Part shown: piece by piece, positions 28,683-44,832 of the stretch
Position numbering within the stretch: position 1 is the stretch's first letter
Layout: each line of letters starts with the position of its first letter
NCBI RefSeq assembly: GCF_009914755.1
Contig: NC_060926.1
Source: the human T2T-CHM13v2.0 reference genome, Homo sapiens
DNA: 64,000 bases
Reading direction: 5' to 3' (one strand)
Position numbers and translations under genes: made by a program
The notes under the pieces: model-generated
Told to the model about the DNA's origin: nothing
The model's database searches: none
The model's input: the letters and a program-made list of their open reading frames with translations, nothing else

Positions 28683-29173
28683 TGTTATGAGTAAAATGGA
28701 CTATTTATAATTACTTCAGACAAAGGTCATAAAGTGGTAGAGAGCTAACCAAACCACTAGTTCCATGTGCCTCACCGCAATCTCACCTGACCAAATGCTC
28801 AAAGTCACTCATTTCCTACCCTCTGGTTTCTCTTAACCAAACTTTAGAATCAGGCTTCTCTGTCCCTACAGAATTCCTAACTCCGCTTGCCCCAAACTTG
28901 AACATGCACTAAAAAGCAGAACATATCACCTTATCAGCTGTCCTGAGAACTGACTGATGACAGCTGGAGACTTTTCCTGTCAGATGCCACTCATCATTTC
29001 CCCTCCTTTGCCTGACTACTTATTTATTGCTTATGCTTTCCTATAAAGAAAGTATTTTTCTGTTTGATTTTGAGATACTTCCCCTTCCCCTGAGTTCAAA
29101 TGGTTCTCCCTATTGTAATGGTCTTTCTGATTAAACTCTGTTTATCTAAGTCCACATATATTTTTATTTTACA
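28683..29173 (+). mobile_element. MER67-like ERV1 solo LTR
   Basis: TG...CA ends, 'accaaactttagaatcaggcttctc', and 3' 'ttctccctattgtaatggtctttctgattaaa...ctaagtcc...tttttattttaca'. Confidence 0.6.
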
Positions 29174-30499
29174 CACCCAAAAATTGCTGTTGGCAAAGCT
29201 GCCTTCCTTGCAGTGGAGTGAAACCCCCTAAGGCACCCTGAAAAAAACATTCTTCCTCCCTAAAGGTTATTAACAGAGAGATGGTAGCATAAATGAATGC
29301 AGGGTCACATTTACAAACCCAGCTAAGGAAAAATATCTTTGCTCATTTAATAAAGTTCCTCTTCCAGGCCCCACCTCCAAACTGTTGGAAAGAGAAAAAG
29401 AGTGAAAGATCAGTCTATTTCACCGAACTCCCCATCACTAGTACTTCTCAAAGTCTGAACTGTATTTGGACTGGTGGATGAGGGAGATGAGGGTAGAATG
29501 AGATGAGTAGGTGTAAAGTAAATAGAAAATGGAAGTTTTATGCTGAACTCAACTGAACTTTGTAACTACTCTAAGTGACAGCAGAACTATCAATCTGCCT
29601 TAGATACTTCTAAAGGATATTAAACAGAGATTCAACACATTAGGGTTGAATGTAACATTTAGAAATCATTAATTTTTTTTTATTTATACTACACTGAGTT
29701 AAGGCTCCTTGGTGTTATGTTTACTTGCTGTATCAACTAGAATACTTTCAGCAAAAAGTTGAAAGAATGCCTGATTTGCAATGGCTTAACCAAGGATGAC
29801 CTTGAGTTAGCCTATGTCTGCAGGAAGCCTACAAGTCTGCAGGAAGCATTTAAGGGATTAGATTAGAGGCTCAATGATACTCTCAAGGACAGAGTTCTCT
29901 TCTTTTTGTTTTGCCACCTATATAATAGTGTTCATATCTTTACTCATGAACTGTAAGGGGCTACAAAAGCTAGAAAATAATGTCCTTATATAATAATGTA
30001 CAAAGGAGTAAAAGAAGGGTATAGCAAACTGTTGAGAGAGTTCTTAGGTGTCTGTTTTTATCTGAGAGGAAAATCTTTACCAGTAGTCTCCCTTACCCAA
30101 CTCAGAGGATCATTACTTTTCATTGCCCAAAATCTCATGACTAACTTTGAAGAAAGAGATAATTAGAGAGTGAGTAGCTGGAAATTTTAGGTTCTGATTT
30201 TGGAGACGTGCTTTGCCAACCTAGAAAAGGCTGATAGGTAGTACTGTTAAGTAATGAACTGAGAGAATTTGCCCCACAAGCCTTTCTATTTTGCTAAAAT
30301 CATTCTAACCTATTTGTAAACCAAGTGAGACACATAATGGCATCAATTTCTAGTAGATTTCATATGAAACAAGTTGTGTGTGTGTCTGTGATTATTAATT
30401 TAAATGAATAATTCATTTAACTGAATAAAGTAATTTTAAAATTATGATTGGTTATGTTTTCCTTACCATCTTGTGACCATGCAGTAGACATTACTATTA

Positions 30500-31230
30500 C
30501 CAGTGTCTTCAAATTTCCCTAACAATAGCAATAGCATCATTCAGTCACCCAAGCTAAGAATGCAGACATCATTAATGTCACATCTTTTACTGTCTTTGCA
30601 TGTAATAAGATATTTCTGAAAAATGTTATGCTCCAACTAGTTCTCTAATTTATTTGCCTTGTCCATATATCATTTATTGTTATCTTGATTTGAGACCTTA
30701 TCTTCTATTTCCAGAGTTTCTGGAAATAATGCTTACTATGTGCTTCTGCCTTCAGTCAGACAACCTCCGTTCTATACGTCTTGCAATCACAAGCAATTCA
30801 TTCTTATGCCCAAAATTTTGATGTCTCTTAATTGACTGTTAAGATAAAACCCAAGCTCTCTGCCATGACAACCCCTTTATACTAACCCCAGCAATTTTAG
30901 CTTTTGACTTCATACTACACACTACCTTGCAAGAATAAACTGCTGTGCCTTTAATCGTTTTTCATTTAATCATAATATTTTTCACTGAAATGAATGCTTT
31001 CCACTATTTCCTTTACTCAGTTAATTTCTTCTGGAAGTTTGTCTACAGTTTAGATTGAATTAATTGTCCTTACATATTTCTATTATTGTGTTTACTACAT
31101 TTTATTGTAAAAGTGAGTTAGTTTCCTATTTAGCTGTGGGATTATTAAAATAAGTGACCACATTACCTGTATTGAATGAAGAATCAATGCATGGTTTAAT
31201 AAATACTGTCCCAATGAACGAATGAGTAAA
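30500..31230 (+). mobile_element. L2 fragments
   Basis: 'cagtcacccaagctaagaa', 'aagataaaacccaagctc' and terminal 'aataaatactgtcccaatgaacgaatga'. Confidence 0.55.
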
Positions 31231-31469
31231 TTACCAAAACTATGCAGAATTGCCTTTGCATTTGCAGCTAGTATAGTAGTATTGTAGAGATGATTCATTT
31301 AACCCAAAATAATTTGCAGGCAAAAGCTACAAAATAGTAAAAATATAAATAAAGAAATTTAATCATATCTTTTCCTTTGCTATCTTCTCTCCCTCTTTGT
31401 TAAAATAAGAAAGCTTTTGTAATGTAACACTCTGCTGGTGTTACCAGCTGCTCCTTTAAAGTTACCTTT

Positions 31470-31615
31470 TTTGAATCAACCTCCTCTACTCTGACTTCTA
31501 AATATTGCGGTGCTCCAGAGATTGTACTATCTTGGACTTTCTTATCCATTCAATGTTATCCCTAGGCAATCACAAACTATCCAATGCCATTCCATCATTA
31601 CATGCCACATATGCA

Positions 31616-31655
<40 letters not shown>

Positions 31656-32620
31656 AATGAATCATCAATATTTAAACCTTGACCAGAACTCTATTTTGAG
31701 TCTATTTGCATCTATTTACTACCTGCAGTTCATATAACATCAAACTTACCCATGTAAAATAATATTGTCATTCTCACACTGAACTTAAAAATGTTCTTTA
31801 TCCAGTTTGCCCCACCTCAGTAAAAAAATACTGGCATCACTTGAATTAAATAAGACAAAAATCTTATCCATAGCCTTGATTCTTCCATTTTTCTCAAGTA
31901 AATCACTTCTGCTTTTCTCAGTAAATCACTGTATCATGTCAATTCTATCTTCAAAGTCCATTTTAGTCTTTCTACTTCAGTTTGTTTTCATGTCAGTTGC
32001 TATCACCCTAATAAAAGTTACCTTTTCTCTTTAATGCAAGAGTTCATCTCCTTGCTTCTTATTCCACCCCTAGTGAAATTCCATTCTACCCACAATCATA
32101 AAGGATTCTTTTTTAACCATAAATCAAGACACATAATTGCCTTGCTTAGAACATTTTACTAGTTTCTCAATGCACGTTGAATAAAATTTAATTTCTTTAT
32201 CATAGCTTTTATGCCCTACATTATTGTTTCTACTGTCTACATATTTGACATCGAACCCTGGGATCTTTGTTCTCATGCACTCAGTGTACTGGTTTTCTTT
32301 GGATTCCTCAAACCAGCTAAGTCAGTTCCTTCTTCATAACCACTGTTTAGAACTCAGTCCAGTCAAAAATCACCTCTTCAAATAGAGTCTCTCTTGACTA
32401 TCATAACTTATCTCACTCCAATCATTTTCACACTACAGGTTTTTTTTTAATTTTTTATTTATTATTTTGTACCTGTCTTCTCTATCTGGAATTGTCTTTT
32501 TAAATATTATTAATTATTTCTAAATTTTTCTTCTAATATGTAGGTTCCATGCCAATATGAACACTGTCTATCATATTTACCACTGAATGTCTAGTGTTTA
32601 GATATGCCCTCTCCATTTTA
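31470..32620 (+). mobile_element. L2a-like fragment containing (GT)16 at 31621-31652
   Basis: 'aaatattgcggtgctccagag', 'ttttaaccataaatcaagacacataattgccttgcttagaac' and 'tttaccactgaatgtctagtg'. Confidence 0.6.
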
Positions 32621-32877
32621 AAACAGTAATACGTAGCAGAATAACCATTGAAAATGGGTTTATGTACATAAAACTCCTGACTATATCCACACTCTAGTAT
32701 TTATAATGAAAATGACCTTTAAAATGCATTTATTTATCTAGATCAATTAACACATTTGTAAACTAGTAGTTTACATGTGTTTACTTGAAATGATTGCAGT
32801 GAAAATTTAATAAAGTATGTATACAAGAATAACTCTCCCCAAATCTTAAAGTGCTATACAATTCCAAGTTTTATTCT

Positions 32878-32880
<3 letters not shown>

Positions 32881-32914
<34 letters not shown>
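32881..32914. repeat. (AT)17 microsatellite
   Basis: Directly visible. Confidence 0.95.
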
Positions 32915-32916
<2 letters not shown>

Positions 32917-33488
32917 TTGAAGCTACAAAGCCAGAAGACAGATTTCTATAATTCATATACGAATTCTATCTTTTCTAACAAACCGAACTTGGATAGAAGC
33001 TTGGTCATCCAGAATCTCCATGTTCAAAAGTTGTACAGTAAATGACATGTGTTCTATGTTTTAAGAGTAACTTGTTTCTAAAAATGCATTTTTTAAAATG
33101 TTTCTAAAAATAAAAGACACTGATTGTCAGGAGGATTATTTAAACAAATGAACTTTAAAAAGCAGTGCCTTTAAATGTTGGCAACCATTTGAGCAACTAT
33201 ACACTGGTAGGTATTTATAAGGTTAATTTGCAGGCTGGGAAAAAGTGACAATATATTAGAAATCAGTGGCCACTGAAAATAACTGGAAAATGAAAATAAA
33301 GTGATTTTAAAATTAGAATATACATCAATGTGAACATATGAGTCAACTGATAGAAATTGAATTTTTAGAAGGCATCTGTTCCTGAGAGTATGCTGCAGTT
33401 GTGGATGTTTGGCTAATGAACCAGAGTACTAAAAAATATGCTGTAGCCAAATTCAGAAATGTTTAATTCTGCCCACAGAACTTATGGG

Positions 33489-33492
<4 letters not shown>

Positions 33493-33520
<28 letters not shown>
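33493..33520. repeat. (GT)14 microsatellite
   Basis: Directly visible. Confidence 0.95.
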
Positions 33521-33868
33521 TTATGTATGTGTAAATGTGCATGCTTATTTAGTTGCAGGCAAAAATAAATGATGATTTTAGAAGATGACAAAGGGAAAGA
33601 AAAATGCAATTAAAATAGTTTATTCACTTATCAAATAAAGGTTCTCTTTTAAATTATTTATTTTGTTGGGCATTCAGCCATTCAGAGACTCAATAGTTCC
33701 ACAATAGTTGAGCAAGGGCCTTATGTGCTGAGAGTCATAACAGTGAATTGGTAGAAATAATCTCTGCCTTCTTGGGTCTTAAAATCTGTTGGAAGGGAGT
33801 GTAAGGATACAAAGAAATGAGGCAAATACAGTAAATAATAATAGGTGTTATGTTAGAAAAGTTGAAGG

Positions 33869-34659
<791 letters not shown>

Positions 34660-34880
34660 TTAAGGTATAAATGGATACCATGGGTGGGGCATTTAACTGA
34701 AACTTGAAACAATGGGAAGAGTAAGACAATAAAAGGTAGGTGGTGTACGATAAGGCAGTGACTAGATCTGGAAAGACTTTGACAGCAGGACTTAAGGATT
34801 TCGGCTTTATCCTAAGGCATGTGAAGCATGAGAGAAACGTAAGCCAGAGAAGGTCATAATTGGATTTTTGTCTTGTAATC

Positions 34881-36957
34881 TAATATGGTTTGGCTTTGTG
34901 TCCCCATCAAAATCTCATGTCAAATTGTAATCCTCACTTATCAAGGCGGGATCTGGTGGGAGTGATTGTATCATGGGGGTGGTTTCCTCCATGCTATTCT
35001 CATGACTGTGAGCAAGTTCTCATGAGATCTGATGTTGAAAGTATTTGGCACTTCCCCTGCTCTCACTGTCTCTCCTGCCACCATGTAAGATGTGCCTTGC
35101 TTCCCTTTCACCTTCCACCATGATTATAAGTTTCCCCAGCCACACAAAACTATGAGTCAATTAAATCTCTTTTCTTCATAAATTACACCAGGTAGTTCTT
35201 TATAGCAGTGTGAGAAAAATGGACTAATAAAGAAAATTGGCACCAAGAATGAGATACTTCTATAAAGATACTTGAAAATTTGGAAATGACTTCAGAACTG
35301 GGTAGCAGATTGGAAGAGTTTGGAGAGCTCAGAAGAAGACAGGAAGATGCGGGAAAGTTTGAAACTTCCTAGAGTCTTGTTTAATAATTTTGACCAAAAT
35401 GCTGATAATGATATGAACAATGAAGTCCAGGCTGAGGAGGTCTTAGATGGAGATGAGGAACTTACTGGGAACTGGAGTAAAGGTGACTGTTGCTATCCTG
35501 TGGCAAAGAGACTGGTGGCATTTTGCTCCTGCCCTAGAGATCTATGGAACTTTGAATTTGAGGAGATGATTTAGGGTATGTGGCAAAATAAATTTCTAAG
35601 CAGTAAAGCTTTCAAGAGATGACCTGGCTTTTTCTGAAAGCATATGCATTCACAGAGAGATGATCTGAAATTGGAACTTAGGTTTAAAAGAAAAGTGAAG
35701 CTTAAAAGTTTGAAAAATTTGCAGCCTGATCATGAGGTAGAAAAGAAAAACCCATTTTCTGGGGAGAAATTCAAGCCAGCTGCAGAAATTTGCATAAGTA
35801 AAGAGGAGTGGAAAGTTTACTGCCAAGACAATGGGGAAAGTGTCTCCAGGGAATGTCAGAGGGTTTCACAGCAGCCCCTCCCATCACAGGCCAGGAAACC
35901 TAGAGAGTAAATGGTTTCAAGCTTGTCTTCTGTGCACCCACAGAGTTTTGGAAAAGCCTGGATGTCTGGCAGAAGTCTGCTGCAGGGACAGAGCTATCAT
36001 ACAGAACCTGTAGTAGGGCAGTGTGGAGGGGGAATGTGGGATTGAAGCTCCCCCGCTGACTCCCCACTGAGGCACTCTCTAGTGAAGCTGTGAGAAGAGG
36101 GTACTCTCCTCCAGACTTCAGAAAGGCAGATCCATCAACAGCTTGCACCATGCACCTGGAAAAGCCATAGGCACTCAACCCCAGCCCATGAAAGCAGCTG
36201 TTGGGGCTGTACCTGCAGAGCCACAGGGGCAGAGCAGCCCAAGGGCTAGGGAGCCCACCTCTTGCATAAGCATGACCTGGACATGAGACATGAAGTCAAA
36301 AGAGATTATTTAAGTGCTTTAAGATTTATTGAGTGCCTTGTGGAGTTTCGAACTTGCATGGTGCCTGTGGCCCCTTTGTTTTGGCCAATTTCTCCCAGTT
36401 GGAATAGGAGTACTTACCCACCTTTTCTACTCCTATTGTATCTTGGAAGTAAGTAACTTGTTTTTGATTTTACAGGCTCATAGGTATAAGGGACTTGCCT
36501 GGTCTCAGATGAGACTTTGGACTTGGACTTTTGGGTTAATGCTGGAATGAGTTAAGACTTTGGGGGACTGTTGGGAAGCCATGATTGTGTTTTGAGATGT
36601 GAAAAGGGCATGAGATTTGGGAGGGGCCAAGAGTGGAATGATATGGTTTGGCTCTGTGTCCCCACTCAAATCTCATGTCAAATTGTAATAATCCCGTGTC
36701 AATGGAGGGATCTGAGGGGAGTGACTGGATCATGGGGGTTGTTTTCCTGATCCTATTTTCATGATAGCAAGTGATTTCTCATGAGATCTGAGATCTCTTG
36801 CTTTCTCTCCTGTCTCTCCTGTCTTCCACCATGATTATAAGTTTCCTGAGGCCTCCTCGGCCATGTGGCCCTGTGAGTCAATAATTAAATATATTTTATT
36901 CATAAATTACCTAGTCTCAGATCGTTCTTTATAGCATTGTGAAAATAAACTAATACA
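34881..36957 (+). mobile_element. Complete THE1D-like MaLR element: LTR-internal-LTR
   Basis: LTRs at ~34881-35231 and 36639-36957 ('tgatatggtttggctctgtgtcccc...ctaataca'). Internal peptides 'EEDRKMRESLKLPR' and 'FCSCPRDLWNFE'. Internal deletion near 35920. Confidence 0.93.
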
Positions 36958-37614
36958 GAAACAAATGTTGATAATAGGGTGGACAATGTACTGAAGAATA
37001 GAAATACTTGATGAGTTGAGGTTTTTTGTTGTTATTGTTTATGTATTATTTGGAGTATTTTTGCAGTAATCTAAGCAAGGAATACACTACTTGAGCTGGA
37101 GTATAAATTGTTGCTGGAGATAAGTAAAGGATTAAATAGGTATTTATGAAGGAAGCCTTGGAGAATGATTGAGAATTAACTGTGATAGAGATGTCAGAAA
37201 TATGCCTCTGGATTCTGACTTACGATATTGAAAGCACTGAAAAAAGTTCCAATATCAGAGAAAAGGGAAAAAATTCAGCTTTAACATCATTAATTTATGG
37301 GTGGTATAATATTCTGAAGGTGATTTCTATAGGTATATTTTTAAAAATAATTCAAAATGCATTTTTACTTTTTGGAATACAATAAAAAATTCTCAGAAGT
37401 TCACAGAGAGCGGTTCACAGTGTGGTAGGTTCTGAATCCTCTATTTGTATAAAACGGTCAACAGCCTATTTCCCAGTTTACTAGTAGAGAAAATAAAATT
37501 TTAAAATACCTATTGATTAACTGATTAGGTATAACTGAGTGTTAATTTGCTGGAATTATTCCAAGAAATATGGTTGAACAAATACTTTTCTAATACAGAA
37601 AAAGGGCACTTCTG

Positions 37615-37668
37615 AACAGTCTTTTTAGAGTAGTATAGTCAAACAGTATTTTTAGAGTAGTATAGTCA
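37615..37668 (+). repeat. 27-bp tandem duplication
   Basis: 'aacagtctttttagagtagtatagtca' followed by 'aacagtatttttagagtagtatagtca'; 1 mismatch. Confidence 0.9.
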
Positions 37669-40246
37669 AATAGCTAGGGATCAAAACAAGAGGTTAGAAA
37701 CCTTGTTCTCTAGCTCCACCTTTTCGTTAGTGGAGTGATCTTGCACAGGATACTTTTACTCTGGGTTTTGTTCCCTTTATTCTTATAACTTGTAGAAAAT
37801 AGTTACATGGCTTCTAATTAAAACTGATTTCTAATTTTAAAGCCAGTTTTAAACAAACACCTCTTAGACATAGGAAAGAAAAATATATAGATATGAATAT
37901 GAATATTTAGAAACTAATAGAAACATTTACCAGAGACTTATGAGGAAACAACAGGAAACAGAAATAATTTATTAAAAATTTTCCCCCTTGCTGAACATCT
38001 CATACTTCTGAAATCCCTTTCTGCTTTTTATAAATTGCCCCTCAATTCTCTATAGTCTATAATTTTAGTCAATTCATTATCTAATCACCCAACTCTTTTT
38101 TCTGTGGAATGTATTCTTTTCTTCTTGAAATATCTTATCCTTCTTTTGTAGTATAAATTTTTATTATTTTTTAAATTATTTTGTTTACCTTTATGGATTT
38201 CGTTATCTATATAGAAAGCCCCATAAAACGTTGGGGTAAAAAGAAAATCAAAAACAAAAACACAACTCCTGGATTCTCATATGATTTATGGTCTATGTCA
38301 GCATTGGGGGTAGGGGAACTGTGGGAGTAAGGAAGTCAGAGGAAACAGAGACTGGTAGTCACATTGAGTGGGGGTGGACAGAGGCCCTAAATCTAAATTT
38401 TTATGGTAGCAAAAATGAACTCCAAGAATTCCTACAAGTCTGCCATATTAAACAATTTTATTTCCTACTACTATGCTAAATAATATATATGTATGGCAAA
38501 TATTAATTAAATTACATATTCTGTCCAAACATAGGTAATTGATTTTACACATTGACATTTTATCTCAAGTGTAGTTTCAGTGTGTTCATTGTGTCAGATT
38601 TATTTAAAAACTATCAAATATATTTAAAGACTGTCTTGATTTCTTCCAGTTATTAAGATATTCGACAGATATTCTGTGAGTTCTTAAAATATAAAATCTA
38701 AGATATATTTTTCTTTTATTTGGCAATAGAAAAATAAAATATGCATGTATGCTGATGTTTGAAATATTAAACATCCAGTATAAATAAAATTGAACCCCTG
38801 TGATTTTTTTGTTAAATATATATTTATAATGTATTATTTTTACACACTATCATATCAAAAAGCTAAAAATACCTTGAAGTGTGCCCAAAATTTGAAGATG
38901 TAGTTAAGTTAAAAATATAAAGATGTATCTAAATTGAAAATAATAGGCTATAATATCCATTATGGTTGACAATGAATAGATCAAAATTAAATATGTCTGA
39001 AAATAGTATTAGAATATTTTAGTAATATTATTGAATATTAGAATAATATTTTAATATAATTTAATAATATTTTGTGACCATACCTTAACATAAATTACCT
39101 ACAATAGGTATATCAGGACCAAAATGTTGTTAGAAGAGAAATCAATAAAATGAAAACTTTATAAGGTATTCTAAAAGCAAGGAAATTAGAATCAAATGAA
39201 AATTATAAGTAGATAGACTTAACTACACGTTTATGTGCTCACATATAAATATACTAAATCATGTGATTTATTCATTATACTGTTAATATGATCAATTACT
39301 ATGATTGATTTTCAGTTGGTAACAAACATTGTGTTCCTGAGATAACACAATATTAGTCGTTATGTATTATCCTTTTCTATTACCTGATTCTGTACAGAAA
39401 TATTTTGCTAAGGACTTTCACATGCATTTCATAGTTTGTATAGGTCTATGGTTTTACTTATTTCTTGTAATATATTAGTCTATTTTTGGTAACAGGTGAA
39501 TGTTGACTTTATAAAATGAATTAGGAAGGGTTTCATGTTCAGGTTTTTTATTTCATTTTGTTCTAATTAGGTAATGTATGTCTTTCCTGGAATGCATTTT
39601 TTTTGTCAAAGCCTTTATATTTATTGTTGCAAACTTATTCCTCTTTATTATCTTTTAGTGTTCATAGGATCTGTTGGGATCTCCTATCTTATATTCCTGA
39701 TATTGGCACTTTGTATATTTTCTCTGTGCTTCTTAGTCTGGCTAGAAGGTTGTCAAATTCATTATTTATTTCAAAGAACTAACTATTGATTTCATAATTC
39801 CCTTTGTCTGTTTTTTATTTCTTTAGTCTCTGTTCTTGCTTTTATGATACATGTTTTCTTTCTAATTTGAGTTAGACTTGCTTTTTGTTTTCCAGCTTCT
39901 TAAATTGGAACGCTCTATATTATTGCTTTTTGTTTCCTAACATAAACGCTTAAAGCTATAAAATCTAACATGTTGATATGCTGAATTTTTAGTATAAATC
40001 ATTTCAAAGTATTCTTAAGTTTCTCTATTTTCTTATTTGATGAATAACTTGTTTAGAAGTAAGCAGTTTAATTTTTAAATATCTATGGATTTTTCATAAG
40101 TGTTTTTGTCATTGGTTTCTAGTTGAAATACATTATGGTCAGAGAAAACACTTTGCATTGTTTCAATTCATCCATATTTTTTGGTTATTTGTTTTGTGGC
40201 CCAGTGTTTCTTCTTCCCATGTGTATTCTATTTCTGGTGAAAAGAA

Positions 40247-40504
40247 TGTAATCGCAGCACTTTGAGAGGTCGAGGCGGGCAGATCACGAGGTCAGGAGTT
40301 CAAGACCAGCCTGGCCAACATAGTGAAACCTCGTCTCTATTAAAAATACAAAAATTAGCAGGGCATGGTGGCGCGTGCCTGTAGTCCCAGCAACTCTGGA
40401 GGCTGAGGGAGGAGAATCGTTCGAACCTGGGAGGTGGAGGTTGTGGTGAGCAGAGATGTGCCACTGCACTCCAGCCTGAGCAACAAAACGAGACTGTCTC
40501 AAAA
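40247..40504 (+). mobile_element. Alu SINE, AluSg-like, 5'-truncated, with (TA)n tail
   Basis: Begins at 'tgtaatcgcagcactttg'; contains 'gatcacgaggtcaggagttcaagaccagcctggccaaca'. Confidence 0.92.
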
Positions 40505-40575
40505 TATATATATATATATTATATATACATATATATATTCTACTGTTATCAGTTGATATAAAAAATAAATATTAG

Positions 40576-40894
<319 letters not shown>

Positions 40895-41684
40895 AATAGT
40901 CTTCTACAAATTTTAATATGTACAAGGTAGTTAATAGTGTCATTTATATCTCTGATACATTTACTAATTTGGGGGCCTTTCATAACTCAGAGTGGAGTAG
41001 TGAAGAGTCTAAATCATATTGTGTAATTGTGTATTTATTTTTTAGTTCTGTCCATTTTTTTCATGTAATCTGAAACCTAACATATGGTTAGGTCCGCATA
41101 TAGTTAGGTCTTGTTTTTATCCAGTCTGACAATCGCTACTTTTGCACTGAAATATTTAGAGCATTTTTAATAAAACTTTTAATATAGCTGGGCTTAATTT
41201 TACTACTATATATTTTCTATTTTCCTATCTACATTTTTTCCTATTTTTCCCTGGCTTCTTTTGAAGTGTAAAATGAAAAAAAAATACTTTAAAAATATGT
41301 TTATATATGTTTTACATATTTTTATAAATATCCATAGAAAAAGTATATGTATATCATTTATATGTGTTATATGTATTATATATATATATGTATGAAGAGG
41401 TAATAAAGATGGGTTTTCATTATATTTTATTCATTTTTTTCTGTATAATGCATTTTTTTTATAAAGGAGAAAAAAGTTTTAAAAAACTGTTGCTATAAAT
41501 GTATTACAGGTACATAGGTAAATAGGCAAATGGATAGATATGATTTTCGGAGAATAGAGAAAGTTGTGGGGGAACAGAAAAACCATTATATCGTATTAGC
41601 TGCTTTTGTTACCTTACCAGTGTGCCAGTGGAGGAGGAACAAGGAGAAGCTGATAATATCCTTATCGTGTGCCACTGCATGTTT

Positions 41685-41985
<301 letters not shown>

Positions 41986-43368
41986 TGCCATTGCATCTTT
42001 AAAAAATCATGTTTTCATTTAATTTTAAAGATAATAAAGATTTTTAACAGATACATCATTTTAAATTTTTAAAATTTAATATGAGCTTCTTAATTAGCTG
42101 TCATTTGTAAATATACTTAAATTGATTTATTTTTCTGTAGTACTAAAATTTATATTAGTCAAGTTGCAATTCAATTCATTTATATTGCTACTTTTATATT
42201 CACTCATTTGGTTTTTGCTACAGAGAAACTAACAATTAGTAAATTATAATTCTTATTGCATAACACTACAGAATCTACTTATGTAGAACTTAATGTAAAA
42301 AAAATTGCTAGTAATTTATGGAAAATAGTTTCACTAGGTATCTTAGATATGCATTATTAAAACAATTAGGTTATTAATATATCCTTTCCATATAAGAGAA
42401 ATCTTGAGTGTATATCTAATATATCAATATATTCTCTTCTCACTATCAGTTTTCTAGCTAGTTGCCTAATACGTTCAATTATTATTTTGAAATTTAATTT
42501 TAAGCATAAATTTATTTTGTTTTATGGCAAAATCAAACAACATTAAAAATCAACATAATAAACTTTAGCTGTTTTTGCTTGACATTATTAGAACCTGTGT
42601 TAGAAGCATAATGTCCTCAAATTTCAAAACAAACATCACACAAATTCTTATTTAACTGAAATTTTATGTGCTATTTATACATTCAATATATGCCTTTTGG
42701 TGAGAGCAAATGAAGAAACTTTTTGAAAGTAGCATCCTTATCGTGTAGTTTTGTTCCTCTGCAACTTACTTTTGACTCTATGTAAATTTTGTTGCATCAG
42801 ACAGAGAAAAAAGCTAATGAAAAAGAGATGCATAAAATTTGATTTTCTATAAACCTTTTTAACTTTACAAATTATAAATCCTATTCTGGGGAATCTTTCA
42901 GTACAAATAACCTTAAGGGCAGATAAATTGACTGTAGTTAAAGGCACTCTCTGTAAAACTCATCAGTTACAGCCTTTCCCTCAAAGTCTTGTGAGGCTTG
43001 TCTTTTCCTTCAGTGAAAATTTTGCCTGCTCATCTGTTTTATCAGTCTGAAGTACTAACCTCATGCCAAAATTGTTATTGCTGTGTAAACTAATGAGTTC
43101 AAGTTATTGTACAAAGTTCTCAAAACTTTATAATTGGACACATTGTGGAAAATAATCACAAAATATGTTTTAGAATGCTTGCTTTTCACACAAAACCTGA
43201 AAGTTGTTTAATATATTTCTGAAAATAACTAGATCTTATATTAAGCTTTATTTATTATGCTATTGTTTATTTTTTGTCAGTGGATCAGAATAGCTGTGTG
43301 TTAGTAACACTGGAGGAATTATGAATCAACTCTTAGTATACCTGTACCACAGATACATAGAGTAATAG

Positions 43369-43686
<318 letters not shown>

Positions 43687-44832
43687 TAGCCTTCATATTT
43701 TAAGAATATTAAAAAGGAAATAAGACATATCATATGCATTATCATAATTATATATTAACATATTAGATAAATTTGATATGATTCTAATTTCTGAAGCCCA
43801 TCAAGATATTCTCAGGGTACTAACTGATCAATCTTAAACATTTACAAAATGATAGTAAACTCATGAGTATTGACATATTCTCAGACCAACTCAAGAGCTA
43901 CCCATAACTTCAGAATCCACTGACTTCCATATTCAAGATGACTCCATTGATTTTCCTATTCAAGATCATAAAATAAGTACTCACTGAGCTTCAGATTGAA
44001 AGTATTTGCACTGTCTTGTTTATCACAACAAAGATATTTATTCTAAAAAAATTAAGTGTAAAAAAAAGCTGTCTCTCCTCCTTGGCCATGAAATGTACTC
44101 TTATGTTTGAAATAGGACAACAGCAATTATCTTCATAAATTTAGTCAGGGGTGCCAATTCATGACAAATCAGTGATCACCAGCTCTCTCTCAATTTTCTC
44201 TCTGGAATTTTTAATCAGGGATTAGAACTTCACGCTCTGTGTTTGGTGTCTCTTTTCATGTCTTTTGTTTATTCTACCTCTTTATTTCCTTGTGGTCCAT
44301 TTTATTCAGCTTCTTAATATCTACTTTCAATTCACCGATTCTCAATTCAGTGTGCTATTAAATATAGAATTTTTAATATCTGCTATGTTTTCCTTTTACA
44401 GATATCCTAATTAATTTTTTACAGATGATACTTAATATACAAATATATATTTATTTAGCCATTTCTCAGAATTGCTGCTTAATTTACTGTATTCTCTTAA
44501 TTCTGAGTAATTGGAAATTATTTTTATGTTTAGCCTTTATTTTTCAAGATATTGAATGCACTATCTTCTACATCTGAGAATTTAACATAAAATATTTGTA
44601 GAGCTGTAATTAATAATATTTCTGATGGTTCTTGCTCATATGCCTCATTTTCTTGTGCTGCTTTTATTTTAGTCCTATGAGCTTCTCATTTTCCTTAGAA
44701 AATTATTTGAAGAAATTATTTTAAGTTATCATGATGTTTATTTTGATGTTTCTCCAGAATAAATTGTACTTGCTTCTCCAAAAACTTGAGGACTCTACCA
44801 ATCTTTGCCGACATTAAACAAAATTCAGTAAG